A DNA stretch of 64,000 bases. Origin: Nitrosomonadales bacterium (GTDB lineage: Bacteria; Pseudomonadota; Gammaproteobacteria; Burkholderiales; SG8-39). The DNA lies in contig SBAS01000019.1 of assembly GCA_005240145.1 (NCBI GenBank), positions 3,277 through 67,276 of the forward strand, read 5' to 3'. Below, in pieces: positions 51,998 through 61,399 of this stretch (within the stretch, counting starts at the first letter, position 1; the number at the start of each line of letters is the position of its first letter). Under the pieces are notes generated by a model, which was not told where the DNA came from, made no database searches, and was given only the letters and a program-made list of their open reading frames with translations. The translations under genes were made by a program, and so were the position numbers.

Positions 51998-52606
51998 CTA
52001 TTTGCCCTCGAGGATCAGCGAGATGCGCCGCCGGTAGCGTTGCGCCGCGGCACGATCACCGGCAGCCTCGCTGCGCCTCACCTCCACTTCCAGCCACGCC
52101 AGCAACGGCCGGTGCCAGCCCTGCGCTGAAGCGGCGTCGATTGCTGCTGCGATCTGCGTCGGCGTGACCTTACCCGCACGCATCGCGACTCCCGAACCTA
52201 CAAGACGCGACAGCGGCTCATCGCTGGCGGCGCGCTCGCGCTTGCCGGCAAGAAAGTCGGCGTAGGCGACCTCTTCCGCCCCGGCGTCGGCGCGCAGCTT
52301 TTCGAACGCAGGACAGTCGTCGAACTCTAGGCTCGCGGTGCGCGCGGCACAACGCAGGAGCTCGGTGCGCGCCAGCAGGTCGGCGCGCCCGGTCTTGCGG
52401 ATCTCCGCTTTCGCCAGGGAAAACTCGACCTCGGCGAGGTTCGTATTGCCTTCGAGGTAATGCTTCTGGAACGCCGCAAGCGACGCCGCCGCGCCAAGCT
52501 GCCAGTCGGGGGGCGGCGAGCCGCTGGCACAGGACGCAACCAGGATGGCTGCGAGCGGCACCATGCACGCTCCGAAAAACGTGGACTGTCCCTGTTTTCG
52601 GGTCAT
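51998..52606 (-). CDS. Hypothetical lipoprotein of the MCE operon
   Basis: Lipobox-like LVASC; ATGA overlap with the MCE gene stop. Confidence 0.8.
   Translation of the reverse strand: MTRKQGQSTFFGACMVPLAAILVASCASGSPPPDWQLGAAASLAAFQKHYLEGNTNLAEVEFSLAKAEIRKTGRADLLARTELLRCAARTASLEFDDCPAFEKLRADAGAEEVAYADFLAGKRERAASDEPLSRLVGSGVAMRAGKVTPTQIAAAIDAASAQGWHRPLLAWLEVEVRRSEAAGDRAAAQRYRRRISLILEGK
52574..52599 (-). repeat. REP-like short element, copy 2, inside the lipoprotein gene's 5' region
   Basis: Minus strand reads GAAAACAGGGACAGTCCACGTTTTTC. Confidence 0.7.
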
Positions 52607-53631
52607 GGCAATTTGATCTTCGTATCGCGTTCGAAGGGCCACTTGCGGTTGATCTCCTCGATGAGCGAAGTGACCTTGCGCAGGCTCGTCTCGACTTCGG
52701 CGCGCAGCGCGCCGAGGTCGGCGGTCGCAGCTTTGGCGTTGGCCCCGACCACCTGTGCGTCGGCGAGGATGCCGTCGACCTTCTTCAGGCTCGCGCGCAC
52801 GTCGCCGAGGATCGCATTCGCCTGCGCCACCGCTTTTTGCGTCTCGTCGATTACGCCGCCGGGGCCCAGCACGCGCTGATCGGCCTTCGTCAGCACCGTG
52901 TCCATTTTCAGCGCGACGCCGCCCAGCGAGGCGAGCAGCGCGTTGGCGCGGTCGATCGAGGCGATCACCTTGCGCGCATTGTCGTCCCCGCCCAGCACGC
53001 CGCCCAGCACGCCGTATTTGCCCGCCATGCGCTCGCTGACCGTGCGCGCGTTGCGGATGCTTTCCTGCAGGCTGGAGCCCGGGGCGGTGATCTGGTCGAG
53101 GTTTTCCAGCACCGTGCGCATCGACGCGACCATGCGCGGAATCTCTTCCGCGGTGTCGCCGCGCAGCACCTGCCGCTCGGCGCGATCCCGCAGCGGCGGG
53201 TCCTGCAGGTTGGCGGAATAGGCGCGCAGCTTCGCCGCGCCCACCAGCGGTACTTCGATCACGAATACGCTCGATTCGCGCAGCCACCTGGCTTCGCTGA
53301 CCGGAATGCGAATGCCGATGCGCACCTTGCCGTCGTCGCGCAGGTCAATGCTGCGCACGCGCCCGACCGGAAACCCCGCAAAGGTGAGATCTGCGCCCAG
53401 GTTCACGCCCTCGGCGTTGTCGGTGATCAGCGCAAGGCGCTGCGTCTGCTCGAACACGCCGCGCGCGAACAGCACGTAGAGCACGAAACCGCCGATGACC
53501 ATCACCGTGACCGCGATGAGGATGCCGACCTTCACGCCCAGGTTGCGCGGCAGCAGCGCGGCGGCGAGTTCGGCCGGCAGGCTCTCGGGGCGCTTTTCCG
53601 ACGCTGACGGTTTGTCGGGTTGCTCCGCCAT
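52603..53631 (-). CDS. MlaD/MCE-domain protein with a long helical extension
   Basis: TM segment, then AEGVNLGADLTFAGFPVGRVRSI (MCE domain) and a helical C-terminus. Confidence 0.88.
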   Translation of the reverse strand: MAEQPDKPSASEKRPESLPAELAAALLPRNLGVKVGILIAVTVMVIGGFVLYVLFARGVFEQTQRLALITDNAEGVNLGADLTFAGFPVGRVRSIDLRDDGKVRIGIRIPVSEARWLRESSVFVIEVPLVGAAKLRAYSANLQDPPLRDRAERQVLRGDTAEEIPRMVASMRTVLENLDQITAPGSSLQESIRNARTVSERMAGKYGVLGGVLGGDDNARKVIASIDRANALLASLGGVALKMDTVLTKADQRVLGPGGVIDETQKAVAQANAILGDVRASLKKVDGILADAQVVGANAKAATADLGALRAEVETSLRKVTSLIEEINRKWPFERDTKIKLP

Positions 53632-53633
53632 GG

Positions 53634-54407
53634 TCAACTGTATTTCACCACCAAAATCGCGAATTCGATCGCCAGGATGGCGAAGAAGAGCTTGATCAGT
53701 CCGCCCAGTACCACGGCGGGCAGCGATTTGATCACGCCGCGCTCGGCTTCCAGTCCGGTGGCCGCCGGGATGATCGCCACGGCCAGGCCGAAAAGCAGGC
53801 ACTTGACGCCGAACGCGATCAGTTCGACGCCGTCGAACACATTGCCGACGACGCGCGTGAACTCCGGCAGTCCGGCCGGCGTGAAATCGTAGAACACCAC
53901 GTACGACAGGAACACCGCAACGAGGCAGCCGAGCGAAGTGAGCGAGGCCACAGACAGCGCGGCGCCCGCGATGCGCGGTACCAGCTCGGCGTGCAGCGGA
54001 CTCGTGCTCGCCTCGCCGGCGTCGTCGAGTTCGCCGCGCACGCTCATGAGCCCGATCTCGGCGCCGATCGCGGCGCCCGAACGCAGCGCCACGAAGAGCG
54101 CCGTCAGGAGCGGCACCAGCTCCAGCACCAGCACCTGCAGCACCAGTTCCAGCGAAAAATGCGTGACTCCGTATTTGCGCGCCGAGACCACCACCATTTC
54201 GATCAGCAGCAGGCTGAGCAGCGTCGCGGTCGCGAGATAGCCTGGCAGGATCTTCCAGGCGGTGAGGTAGATCTGCCGCACCGCGACAGCACGCGCCTCG
54301 GGGCCATAGCCCGAGGGGGAGAGCGCCGCCGCGGTGGCGAAACCGGCGAAGCGCAGCAGCCGGCGCCAGCTGCGCGGTCGGAAGATGTATTCGCCGGCGA
54401 AGGCCAT
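53634..54407 (-). CDS. MlaE-family ABC permease
   Basis: [23 protein letters not shown] and LVPRI motifs; multi-TM. Confidence 0.88.
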   Translation of the reverse strand: MAFAGEYIFRPRSWRRLLRFAGFATAAALSPSGYGPEARAVAVRQIYLTAWKILPGYLATATLLSLLLIEMVVVSARKYGVTHFSLELVLQVLVLELVPLLTALFVALRSGAAIGAEIGLMSVRGELDDAGEASTSPLHAELVPRIAGAALSVASLTSLGCLVAVFLSYVVFYDFTPAGLPEFTRVVGNVFDGVELIAFGVKCLLFGLAVAIIPAATGLEAERGVIKSLPAVVLGGLIKLFFAILAIEFAILVVKYS

Positions 54408-54447
54408 GCGGCGAGTTTACAATCTTCGCTTCCACCCGGGAGAAGCC

Positions 54448-56175
54448 GTGAAGAAAAAACAGCCACAAGAGCTGCGCAGCCACCGCTGGTTCGGTGTCAA
54501 GGACCTGCGCTCCTTCGGTCACCGCTCGCGCACCGCGCAAATGGGCTATGACCGCAGCGACTACGCGGGCAAGCCCGTGATCGCGATCATCAACACCTGG
54601 TCCGACATCAACCACTGCCACACCCACTTCAGGCAGCGCGCGGAGGAAGTGAAGCGCGGCATCTGGCAGGCGGGCGGCTTCCCGCTGGAAATGCCGGCGA
54701 TGGCGCTGGCCGAAACCATGCAGAAGCCCACCACCATGATGTACCGCAACTTCCTCGCCATGGAGACCGAGGAGTTGCTGCGCTCGTATCCCGCCGACGG
54801 CTGCGTGCTGATGGGCGGCTGCGACAAGACCACGCCCGCGCTCATCATGGGCGCGACCAGCATGAACCTGCCTTCGATCTACCTGCCCGCCGGCCCGATG
54901 CTGAACTCGCACTGGCGCGACCAGACGCTGGGCTCGGGCTCCGACACCTGGAAGTATTGGGACGAACTGCGCGCGGGCCGCATCACCGAGCGCGAATGGC
55001 AGGACATTGAGGACACGATCGCGCGCTCTCCCGGCACCTGCATGACCATGGGCACGGCGGCGACCATGATGTCGCTCGCCGAAGCGCTGGGCTTCACCTT
55101 GCCCGGCTACTCCTCGATCCCGGCGCCGGATTCGAACCACGCCCGCATGGCCACGCTGACCGGCAAGCGCATCGTCGAAATGGTCTGGGAAGACCTGAAG
55201 CCGCGCGATTTCCTCTCTAAAGGTTCTTTCGACAACGCCATCACCACGCTGATGGCGATGGGCGGCTCTACCAACGCGATCGTGCACCTGGTAGCAATGG
55301 CGGGCCGCGCCGGCCTCGCCTTTCCGCTCGAGCGCTACAACCAGATTTCGGCCAAGACGCCGGTCATCGCCAACGTGCGGCCTTCCGGCGACAAATACCT
55401 GATGGAGGATTTCTTCTACGCCGGCGGTCTGCGGGCTTTGCTTTTCTCTTTGCAAGACCTGTTGGATCTAAATGCGAAAACAGTTAACGGCCGCACGCTC
55501 GGCGAGAACATCGAGGGGGCCAAGGTCTGGAACGCCGATGTCATCCTGCCGCGCGACAAGCCGCTGAAGAAATCGGGCGGCATCATCATGCTGCACGGCT
55601 CGCTTGCCCCCGACGGCGCGGTGCTGAAGACCAGCGCCGCGGATCCCAAGCTGCTGCAGCACACAGGCAAAGCCGTGGTGTTCGAGGACTACAACGACAT
55701 GTCGGCGCGCATCGACCGCGACGACCTCGAGGTCGACAAGGACTCGGTGCTGGTGCTGAAGAACGCTGGGCCCCTGGGGGGCCCGGGCTTCCCGGAATGG
55801 GGCATGCTGCCGATGCCGAAAAAACTCATCAAGCAGGGCATCAAGGACATGGTGCGGATCTCAGATGGACGCATGAGCGGCACCAGTTACGGAACTTGTG
55901 TACTCCACGTCGCCCCCGAGGCTTTTGTCGGGGGCCCATTGGCTCTCGTCAAGACCGGGGATTGGATCGAATTGGACGCCGAGAAAAAGGCTTTGAATCT
56001 GAAGATAAGCGAAAGTGAACTCAAAGCCCGTCGAGAGGCCTGGAAGCGCCCGCCGCTCAAGTACGAGCGCTCATACGGGGCCATCTTCTCGCGCCACGTG
56101 AAGCAGGCGAACGAAGGCTGCGACTTCGACTTCCTCGAGGGCACCGCGCCGACGGCGGAGCCGGAGATCCATTAG
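54448..56175 (+). CDS. IlvD/Edd family sugar-acid dehydratase (L-arabinonate dehydratase-like)
   Basis: [31 protein letters not shown] and [11 protein letters not shown] motifs; C-terminal EPEIH; GTG 54448. Confidence 0.92.
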   Translation: MKKKQPQELRSHRWFGVKDLRSFGHRSRTAQMGYDRSDYAGKPVIAIINTWSDINHCHTHFRQRAEEVKRGIWQAGGFPLEMPAMALAETMQKPTTMMYRNFLAMETEELLRSYPADGCVLMGGCDKTTPALIMGATSMNLPSIYLPAGPMLNSHWRDQTLGSGSDTWKYWDELRAGRITEREWQDIEDTIARSPGTCMTMGTAATMMSLAEALGFTLPGYSSIPAPDSNHARMATLTGKRIVEMVWEDLKPRDFLSKGSFDNAITTLMAMGGSTNAIVHLVAMAGRAGLAFPLERYNQISAKTPVIANVRPSGDKYLMEDFFYAGGLRALLFSLQDLLDLNAKTVNGRTLGENIEGAKVWNADVILPRDKPLKKSGGIIMLHGSLAPDGAVLKTSAADPKLLQHTGKAVVFEDYNDMSARIDRDDLEVDKDSVLVLKNAGPLGGPGFPEWGMLPMPKKLIKQGIKDMVRISDGRMSGTSYGTCVLHVAPEAFVGGPLALVKTGDWIELDAEKKALNLKISESELKARREAWKRPPLKYERSYGAIFSRHVKQANEGCDFDFLEGTAPTAEPEIH

Positions 56176-56184
56176 CCCCGCCGC

Positions 56185-56532
56185 TCAGCGCAGGTGCACT
56201 GCCTGCGAATCCGCCGGCGCCTCGGCGCGCTCGTTGAGGCCGTAATCGCGGAGAACCTGCGCGACGCGCAGGCGGTAGTCGGCGAAGATCGCCTGCCGTC
56301 CGGCGGCCTGGATGCGCCGATGCTCCTCGACATTGCGCCAGGCGCGCACCGCCGCCTCGTCGCGCCAGATCGACAGCGAGAGGATCTTGCCGGGCTGGGT
56401 CAGGCTCTCAAAGCGTTCGATCGAGATGAAGCCGTCCATCTTCTCGAGCAGCGGCTTCAGTCGCGCCGCCGCATCCAGGTAGGCGTCCTTGCGGCCGGCA
56501 TGCGGGATTGCTTCGAAGATCACGGCGATCAT
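56185..56532 (-). CDS. Antibiotic biosynthesis monooxygenase-family protein
   Basis: MIAVIFE, DGFISIERF, LSLSIWRDE and FADYRLRVA motifs. Confidence 0.9.
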   Translation of the reverse strand: MIAVIFEAIPHAGRKDAYLDAAARLKPLLEKMDGFISIERFESLTQPGKILSLSIWRDEAAVRAWRNVEEHRRIQAAGRQAIFADYRLRVAQVLRDYGLNERAEAPADSQAVHLR

Positions 56533-57596
56533 GGCTGTAGCAGCTTTTCCAGCACTGCCCGCTCCACCTTCAGCTTCGCCCCCGCGGCGACGATCTCTTC
56601 CCAGGTGTTGTCATCCACCGAGATGCCGTCGCGCTCCCTTATCGCGCGGGTTTCCCTTTCGGGGTCGCCTGCGATGCGCACCTTGTCGAAGCCGGGCGCG
56701 ACCGGCGACTGGCGCAGGAAAGCGAGGAACTCGGTGGTCTCGGTGGCGAAGCTGTCGCCGGTGCCGAGGCGCCTGGGATCGATGAGGATCGTGAGCATGC
56801 CGTTCCAGACGCGTTTCCTCGAGCGGTCATCGGAATGCCAGGTACCGCCGCCGGTGAGCGCGCCGCCGAGGAGCTCGCACACCACGGCAAGGCCATAGCC
56901 CTTGTGCAGCCCGAAGGTGCGCAGCGCGCCAAATGGCTCGATGACGCCGAACCTGGGATCGGAGGTGGGATTGCCCTTGTCGTCGATGAGCCACTCGGGC
57001 GAGACCTTCTCACGCTTGTTGTGCGCGACGCGCACCTTGCCCTGCGCCACGTTGCTGGTGGCCATGTCGAGGATGAACGGCGGCTGGTTGGGGATCGGGA
57101 TGCCGACCGTCATCGGATTGGTGCCGAAGCGCGCGTCCGCCCCGCCATGCGGCGCGACGATGGAGCGCGAAATCACGTTGGTGAAATGCAGCGAGATCAG
57201 GCCCGCTGCGACCGCCTGCTCGGCCCACTGGCCAATGCGGCACAGGTGGTGCGAACGGCCGAGGCCCATCACGCACATGCCATGCTGCTTCGCGCGCGCG
57301 ATGCCGATCTCCATCGCCTCCAGCCCGATCACCTGGCCGTAGCCCGACTGGCCGTCGAGCGAAAGCATGGCGCCGCCGTCGAATACGATCTTCGGGTGCT
57401 GGTTCACCACCAGCCCGCCCTCAAGCAGCGAATCGACGTAGCGCGGGATCATGCCCACGCCGTGCGAGTCGTGGCCGGTCAGGTTCGCGCCGACCAGGTT
57501 CTCGGCGACGATGCGCGCCTCGCGCGCCTCACTCCCGCCGGCACTGACTATGGTTTCAACAACCTTCGTTAAAGGACTTTTTTTGATCGAAGACAT
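56529..57596 (-). CDS. Ldh_2 family (malate/lactate/ureidoglycolate, HcxB-like) oxidoreductase
   Basis: GHDSHG, FGTNP, LDMATS and HKGYGL motifs. Confidence 0.92.
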   Translation of the reverse strand: MSSIKKSPLTKVVETIVSAGGSEAREARIVAENLVGANLTGHDSHGVGMIPRYVDSLLEGGLVVNQHPKIVFDGGAMLSLDGQSGYGQVIGLEAMEIGIARAKQHGMCVMGLGRSHHLCRIGQWAEQAVAAGLISLHFTNVISRSIVAPHGGADARFGTNPMTVGIPIPNQPPFILDMATSNVAQGKVRVAHNKREKVSPEWLIDDKGNPTSDPRFGVIEPFGALRTFGLHKGYGLAVVCELLGGALTGGGTWHSDDRSRKRVWNGMLTILIDPRRLGTGDSFATETTEFLAFLRQSPVAPGFDKVRIAGDPERETRAIRERDGISVDDNTWEEIVAAGAKLKVERAVLEKLLQP

Positions 57597-57701
57597 GCTC
57601 AGGGGTTCCTCCAGGAGAGGCGCGAGTTTACAATGCCGCGCTCAACCTTCGAAGTGGTGAAGGAATCCGGCACCAAGTTTGAATAGGAAAATGCGCTGAC
57701 C

Positions 57702-58466
57702 ATGGATCTACCGCAGAACAGTTTCAAGCGCGCGCTCAAGGCCGGCAAGCCGCAAATCGGCTTGTGGTCGAGCCTCGCGTCGCACTACAGCGTCGAAATC
57801 ATCGCCGGCGCCGGCTACGACTGGCTGCTGCTCGACTGCGAGCACGCGCCGAACGACCTGGAATCGCTGCTGACGCAGCTGCAGGCCGCGGCGCGCTACC
57901 CGACCACGCCCATCGTGCGCGTGCCCTGGAACGACATGGTGAACATCAAGCGCGTGCTGGACATCGGCGCGCAGACGCTGCTCATTCCGTACGTCTGCAG
58001 CGTCGCGGAAGCGAAGGCTGCGGTGGCGGCGACGCGCTACCCGCCGGAGGGCGTGCGCGGCGTCGCGGGCACCACGCGCGCGACGCAGTACGGCCGCATC
58101 AAGGACTACGCCAGGCGCGCGCACGAGGAATTGTGCGTGCTGGTGCAGGTGGAGACCAAACCCGCGCTGGACCAGCTCGAAGCGATCTGCGCGGTCGAGG
58201 GGGTGGATGGCGTATTCATCGGGCCGGCCGACCTGCACGCCTCGATGGGCCATCCGGGGGAAACGTCGAACCCGGCGATCCTGCCTTTGATCGAGGAGGC
58301 AATGCGCCGCATCCGCAGGTGCGGCAAAGCCCCCGGCTACCTCTCGCCGCTCGAAGCCGACGCCAAGCGCATGCTCGCCGCGGGGGCCCTCTTCTGTGCG
58401 GTGGGCGCGGACATCGGCCTGCTCGCGCGGGGCGCTGAAGCCTTGCGAGGGAAATTCCAAACATGA
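57702..58466 (+). CDS. HpcH/HpaI family class II aldolase
   Basis: LLDCEHAPN, KRVLDIGAQ, VQVET and DGVFIGPADL motifs. Confidence 0.93.
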   Translation: MDLPQNSFKRALKAGKPQIGLWSSLASHYSVEIIAGAGYDWLLLDCEHAPNDLESLLTQLQAAARYPTTPIVRVPWNDMVNIKRVLDIGAQTLLIPYVCSVAEAKAAVAATRYPPEGVRGVAGTTRATQYGRIKDYARRAHEELCVLVQVETKPALDQLEAICAVEGVDGVFIGPADLHASMGHPGETSNPAILPLIEEAMRRIRRCGKAPGYLSPLEADAKRMLAAGALFCAVGADIGLLARGAEALRGKFQT

Positions 58467-59398
58467 GGAACGAGATAGTCATCACTGCCGAGGGGCATAA
58501 GGGCACGCTGGAGCGGTTGCAGACGGAGTTTTCCGCAATCAAGCTGTGGGAGGCATCCGACCGCGACGCCGCGCTCAGGCAGGCCGCGCCGCGCGTGCGC
58601 GCGCTGGCGCACTTCGGCCACGCGAAGGTGGATGGCAAGTTCATGGACGCCCTGCCGAAGCTCGAGATCATCTCCAATTTCGGCGTCGGCGTGGACGCCA
58701 TCGATCTGGATGCGGCGAGGCAGCGCAATGTCATCGTCACCAACACCCCCGACGTGCTGAACGACTGCGTCGCCGACACCGCGCTCGCGCTGGTACTCAA
58801 TACCCTGCGCAAATTCCCGCAGTCGGAGAGTTACGTGCGCTCAGGACTGTGGCCGACGCGCGGCGCCTACCCGCTGACCACCTCGGTCGGCGGCAAGACG
58901 CTGGGCATCCTGGGTCTGGGCCGCATCGGCGAAGCGATCGCGAAGCGCGCGCAGGCCTTTGGCATGAAGATCCGCTACCACAACCGCAACAAGAAGGATG
59001 TGCCCTACGCCTATGACCCCGATCCGGTGGCGCTGGCGAAGAATTCAGACGTGCTGCTGGTCGTCACGCCTGGCGGCGCCGGCACCGCAAAGCTGGTCGA
59101 CGCGAAAGTGCTCGATGCGCTCGGCCCGCAGGGCTACCTGGTCAACGTGGCGCGCGGCTCGGTGGTAGACGAAGCGGTGCTGCTGCGCTATCTGCAGGAG
59201 AAAAAAATCGCCGGCGCCGGGCTCGACGTGTTCGAACACGAACCCAATGTGCCTGCCGCATTCTGGACGCTGGACAACGCGGTCCTTTTCCCGCATGTCG
59301 CAAGCGCCACGGTCGAGACGCGCAAGGCCATGGGAGATCTGCAGGTCGAGAACCTGCACCTGCATTTCGCAGGCAAGCCGGTCAAGACGCCGGTCTAG
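58463..59398 (+). CDS. D-2-hydroxyacid dehydrogenase
   Basis: GVGVD, GLGRIG, NVARGSVVDE, LDVFEHEP and PHVAS motifs. Confidence 0.93.
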   Translation: MRNEIVITAEGHKGTLERLQTEFSAIKLWEASDRDAALRQAAPRVRALAHFGHAKVDGKFMDALPKLEIISNFGVGVDAIDLDAARQRNVIVTNTPDVLNDCVADTALALVLNTLRKFPQSESYVRSGLWPTRGAYPLTTSVGGKTLGILGLGRIGEAIAKRAQAFGMKIRYHNRNKKDVPYAYDPDPVALAKNSDVLLVVTPGGAGTAKLVDAKVLDALGPQGYLVNVARGSVVDEAVLLRYLQEKKIAGAGLDVFEHEPNVPAAFWTLDNAVLFPHVASATVETRKAMGDLQVENLHLHFAGKPVKTPV

Positions 59399-59425
59399 GC
59401 TAGAATTTTCCTTGGGAGTGCAAAC

Positions 59426-60418
59426 ATGTCTGCAGACCTGAAACGCCGCCGGATGCTGGCGGCGAGCGCGGCGGCACTCGCCACGCTGGCGTTCGACGTC
59501 GGCGCGCAGGCCTGGCCGTCGCGCCCGATCCGCATGATCTGCCCGTTTCCTCCGGGCGGCCTGACCGATCTCTACACGCGCGCCATCGCCGATCACTTGC
59601 AGCAGGTTCTGGGCCAGCCCGTGCTGGTCGAAAACCGGCCGGGTGCCGGCGGACTCATTGGCAACGACAGCGTCGCCAAGGCGGCGCCCGACGGCTACAC
59701 CTTCCTGGTCACCATCCAGACCACGCTGGTCCAGGGGCAGGTGCTGTACAAGAAGCTGCCCTACAACCCGGAGACCGACTTCACCTGGATCTCGGCACTC
59801 GGCGCCGGGCACCTGCCGTTCGCCGTGCCTGCCAGCCTGCCGGTGCGCAGCTTCCGCGAGTTCGTCGAGTATGCGAAGACGAACCGCACCAGCATGGGCA
59901 CCTATGCCGCGGGCTCGTTCCCGCACATGATCGCCGGCCAGCTCAACAAGCTCTATGGCACCAAGATCGAGGCGGTGCACTACAGGGGCGAAACCCCGAT
60001 GTGGATCGACGTCGCGGGCGGCCAGATCCAGGGCGCGATCGGCAGCGTCGCCGGGGTCCTGCCGCACGTGCAAAAGGGCTCGGTGCGTGTCGTGGCCGTG
60101 CCGACAAATGTGCGCTCGCCGAAGCTGCCGGAGGTGCCGGAGGTGCCGACCTTCATCGAACAGGGGTTCACGGATCCGGTGTTCGCGCTGCGCGGCTGGA
60201 TCGGCCTGTTCGGACCAGCGAAGCTGCCGCGGGAAATCGTGGAGCGCGTCTCGCGGCTCACCATCGAAGCCGGCGAAAGCGCGCGCCTGAAACAGATCTA
60301 CGACCAGTTCGGCATCGCCGAGCGGCCCACCACGCCTGAGGAATTCCTGCGGCTCTACCGCACCGACGGACCGCAGTGGATCGCGATCACGCGGGAACTG
60401 GGCATCACGCTCGACTGA
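59426..60418 (+). CDS. Bug/TctC family periplasmic solute receptor with a Tat-like signal
   Basis: LKRRRML signal; WPSRPIR..PFPPGG and VENRPGAGG motifs. Confidence 0.92.
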   Translation: MSADLKRRRMLAASAAALATLAFDVGAQAWPSRPIRMICPFPPGGLTDLYTRAIADHLQQVLGQPVLVENRPGAGGLIGNDSVAKAAPDGYTFLVTIQTTLVQGQVLYKKLPYNPETDFTWISALGAGHLPFAVPASLPVRSFREFVEYAKTNRTSMGTYAAGSFPHMIAGQLNKLYGTKIEAVHYRGETPMWIDVAGGQIQGAIGSVAGVLPHVQKGSVRVVAVPTNVRSPKLPEVPEVPTFIEQGFTDPVFALRGWIGLFGPAKLPREIVERVSRLTIEAGESARLKQIYDQFGIAERPTTPEEFLRLYRTDGPQWIAITRELGITLD

Positions 60419-60432
60419 GGAGAAGACAAACC

Positions 60433-61389
60433 ATGAAATCGTTTATCGCCATCGCCGCACTCATCGTCGCCACCGGCGCACAGGCGCAAGCCTGGCCGAA
60501 CAAGCCGATCAAGTACATCGTCAATTTCGCCCCCGGCGGCACCACCGACATCCTGGCGCGCATGCTCGCGCCCAAGCTCTCCGACGCGCTCGGCCAGCCG
60601 GTAATCGTGGAGAACAAGCCGGGCCAGGCCGGCTCGGTAGGCGCGGCCGAGGTCGCGCGCTCCGCGGCCGATGGCTACACCATAGGCGCGGGCACCATCA
60701 GCTCGCACGCGATCAACGTATCGCTCTACTCCAAGCTGCCCTACGATGTACTCAAGGATTTCCAGCCGATCACCATGCTGGCCACCTTGCCCAACATGCT
60801 TGTGATCCATCCGAGCATCCCCGCCAACAACGTGCAGGAGTTGATTGCCTTTCTCAAGGCAAACCCGGACAAGCATTCCTTCGGCTCGGCGGGCAACGGC
60901 ACCTCGCAGCACATGTCGGGTGAGTTGTTCAAGACGATGACCGGCGTCCGGATGCAGCACATCCCCTACCAGGGCAGCGGCCCGATGATCCCGAACCTGC
61001 TCGGTGGCGTACTGTCGATGAGCTTCGAGAACCTCACCACTGCCTACCCGCCAGCCAAGCAGGGCAAGCTGAAAGCGCTCGCCGTGACCAGCGCCAAGCG
61101 CTCGTTTCTCGCCCCCGAGGTGCCGACGATGGCCGAGGCCGGCCTCCCCGGCTACGACATCAGCTCCTGGCAGGCGCTGTTCACGCCCGCCGGCGTACCG
61201 AAGCAGATCGTCGAGCGCCTCTACGCCGAAACCGCCAAGGCGCTCAAGGCACCCGACGTCGTCAAGCGCCTGCAGGACCTGGGGCTGGATGCCGGCGGCA
61301 TCACGCCGGAAGAGATGACGGCCAAGTTGCGCGAAGACATCCCGCGCCTCGGCAAGATCGTGCGCGACTCCGGTGCGAAAGTGGATTGA
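60433..61389 (+). CDS. Bug/TctC family periplasmic solute receptor
   Basis: Sec signal; WPNKPI..FAPGGTTD, VENKPG and GSAGNGT motifs. Confidence 0.93.
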   Translation: MKSFIAIAALIVATGAQAQAWPNKPIKYIVNFAPGGTTDILARMLAPKLSDALGQPVIVENKPGQAGSVGAAEVARSAADGYTIGAGTISSHAINVSLYSKLPYDVLKDFQPITMLATLPNMLVIHPSIPANNVQELIAFLKANPDKHSFGSAGNGTSQHMSGELFKTMTGVRMQHIPYQGSGPMIPNLLGGVLSMSFENLTTAYPPAKQGKLKALAVTSAKRSFLAPEVPTMAEAGLPGYDISSWQALFTPAGVPKQIVERLYAETAKALKAPDVVKRLQDLGLDAGGITPEEMTAKLREDIPRLGKIVRDSGAKVD

Positions 61390-61399
61390 CGGCGAAACT

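Noticed and set aside
52603-55455. 950-aa ORF suggesting a giant MCE fusion
   Set aside because: The upstream part overlaps mlaE in another frame and is antisense to the dehydratase. The real gene starts at 53631.
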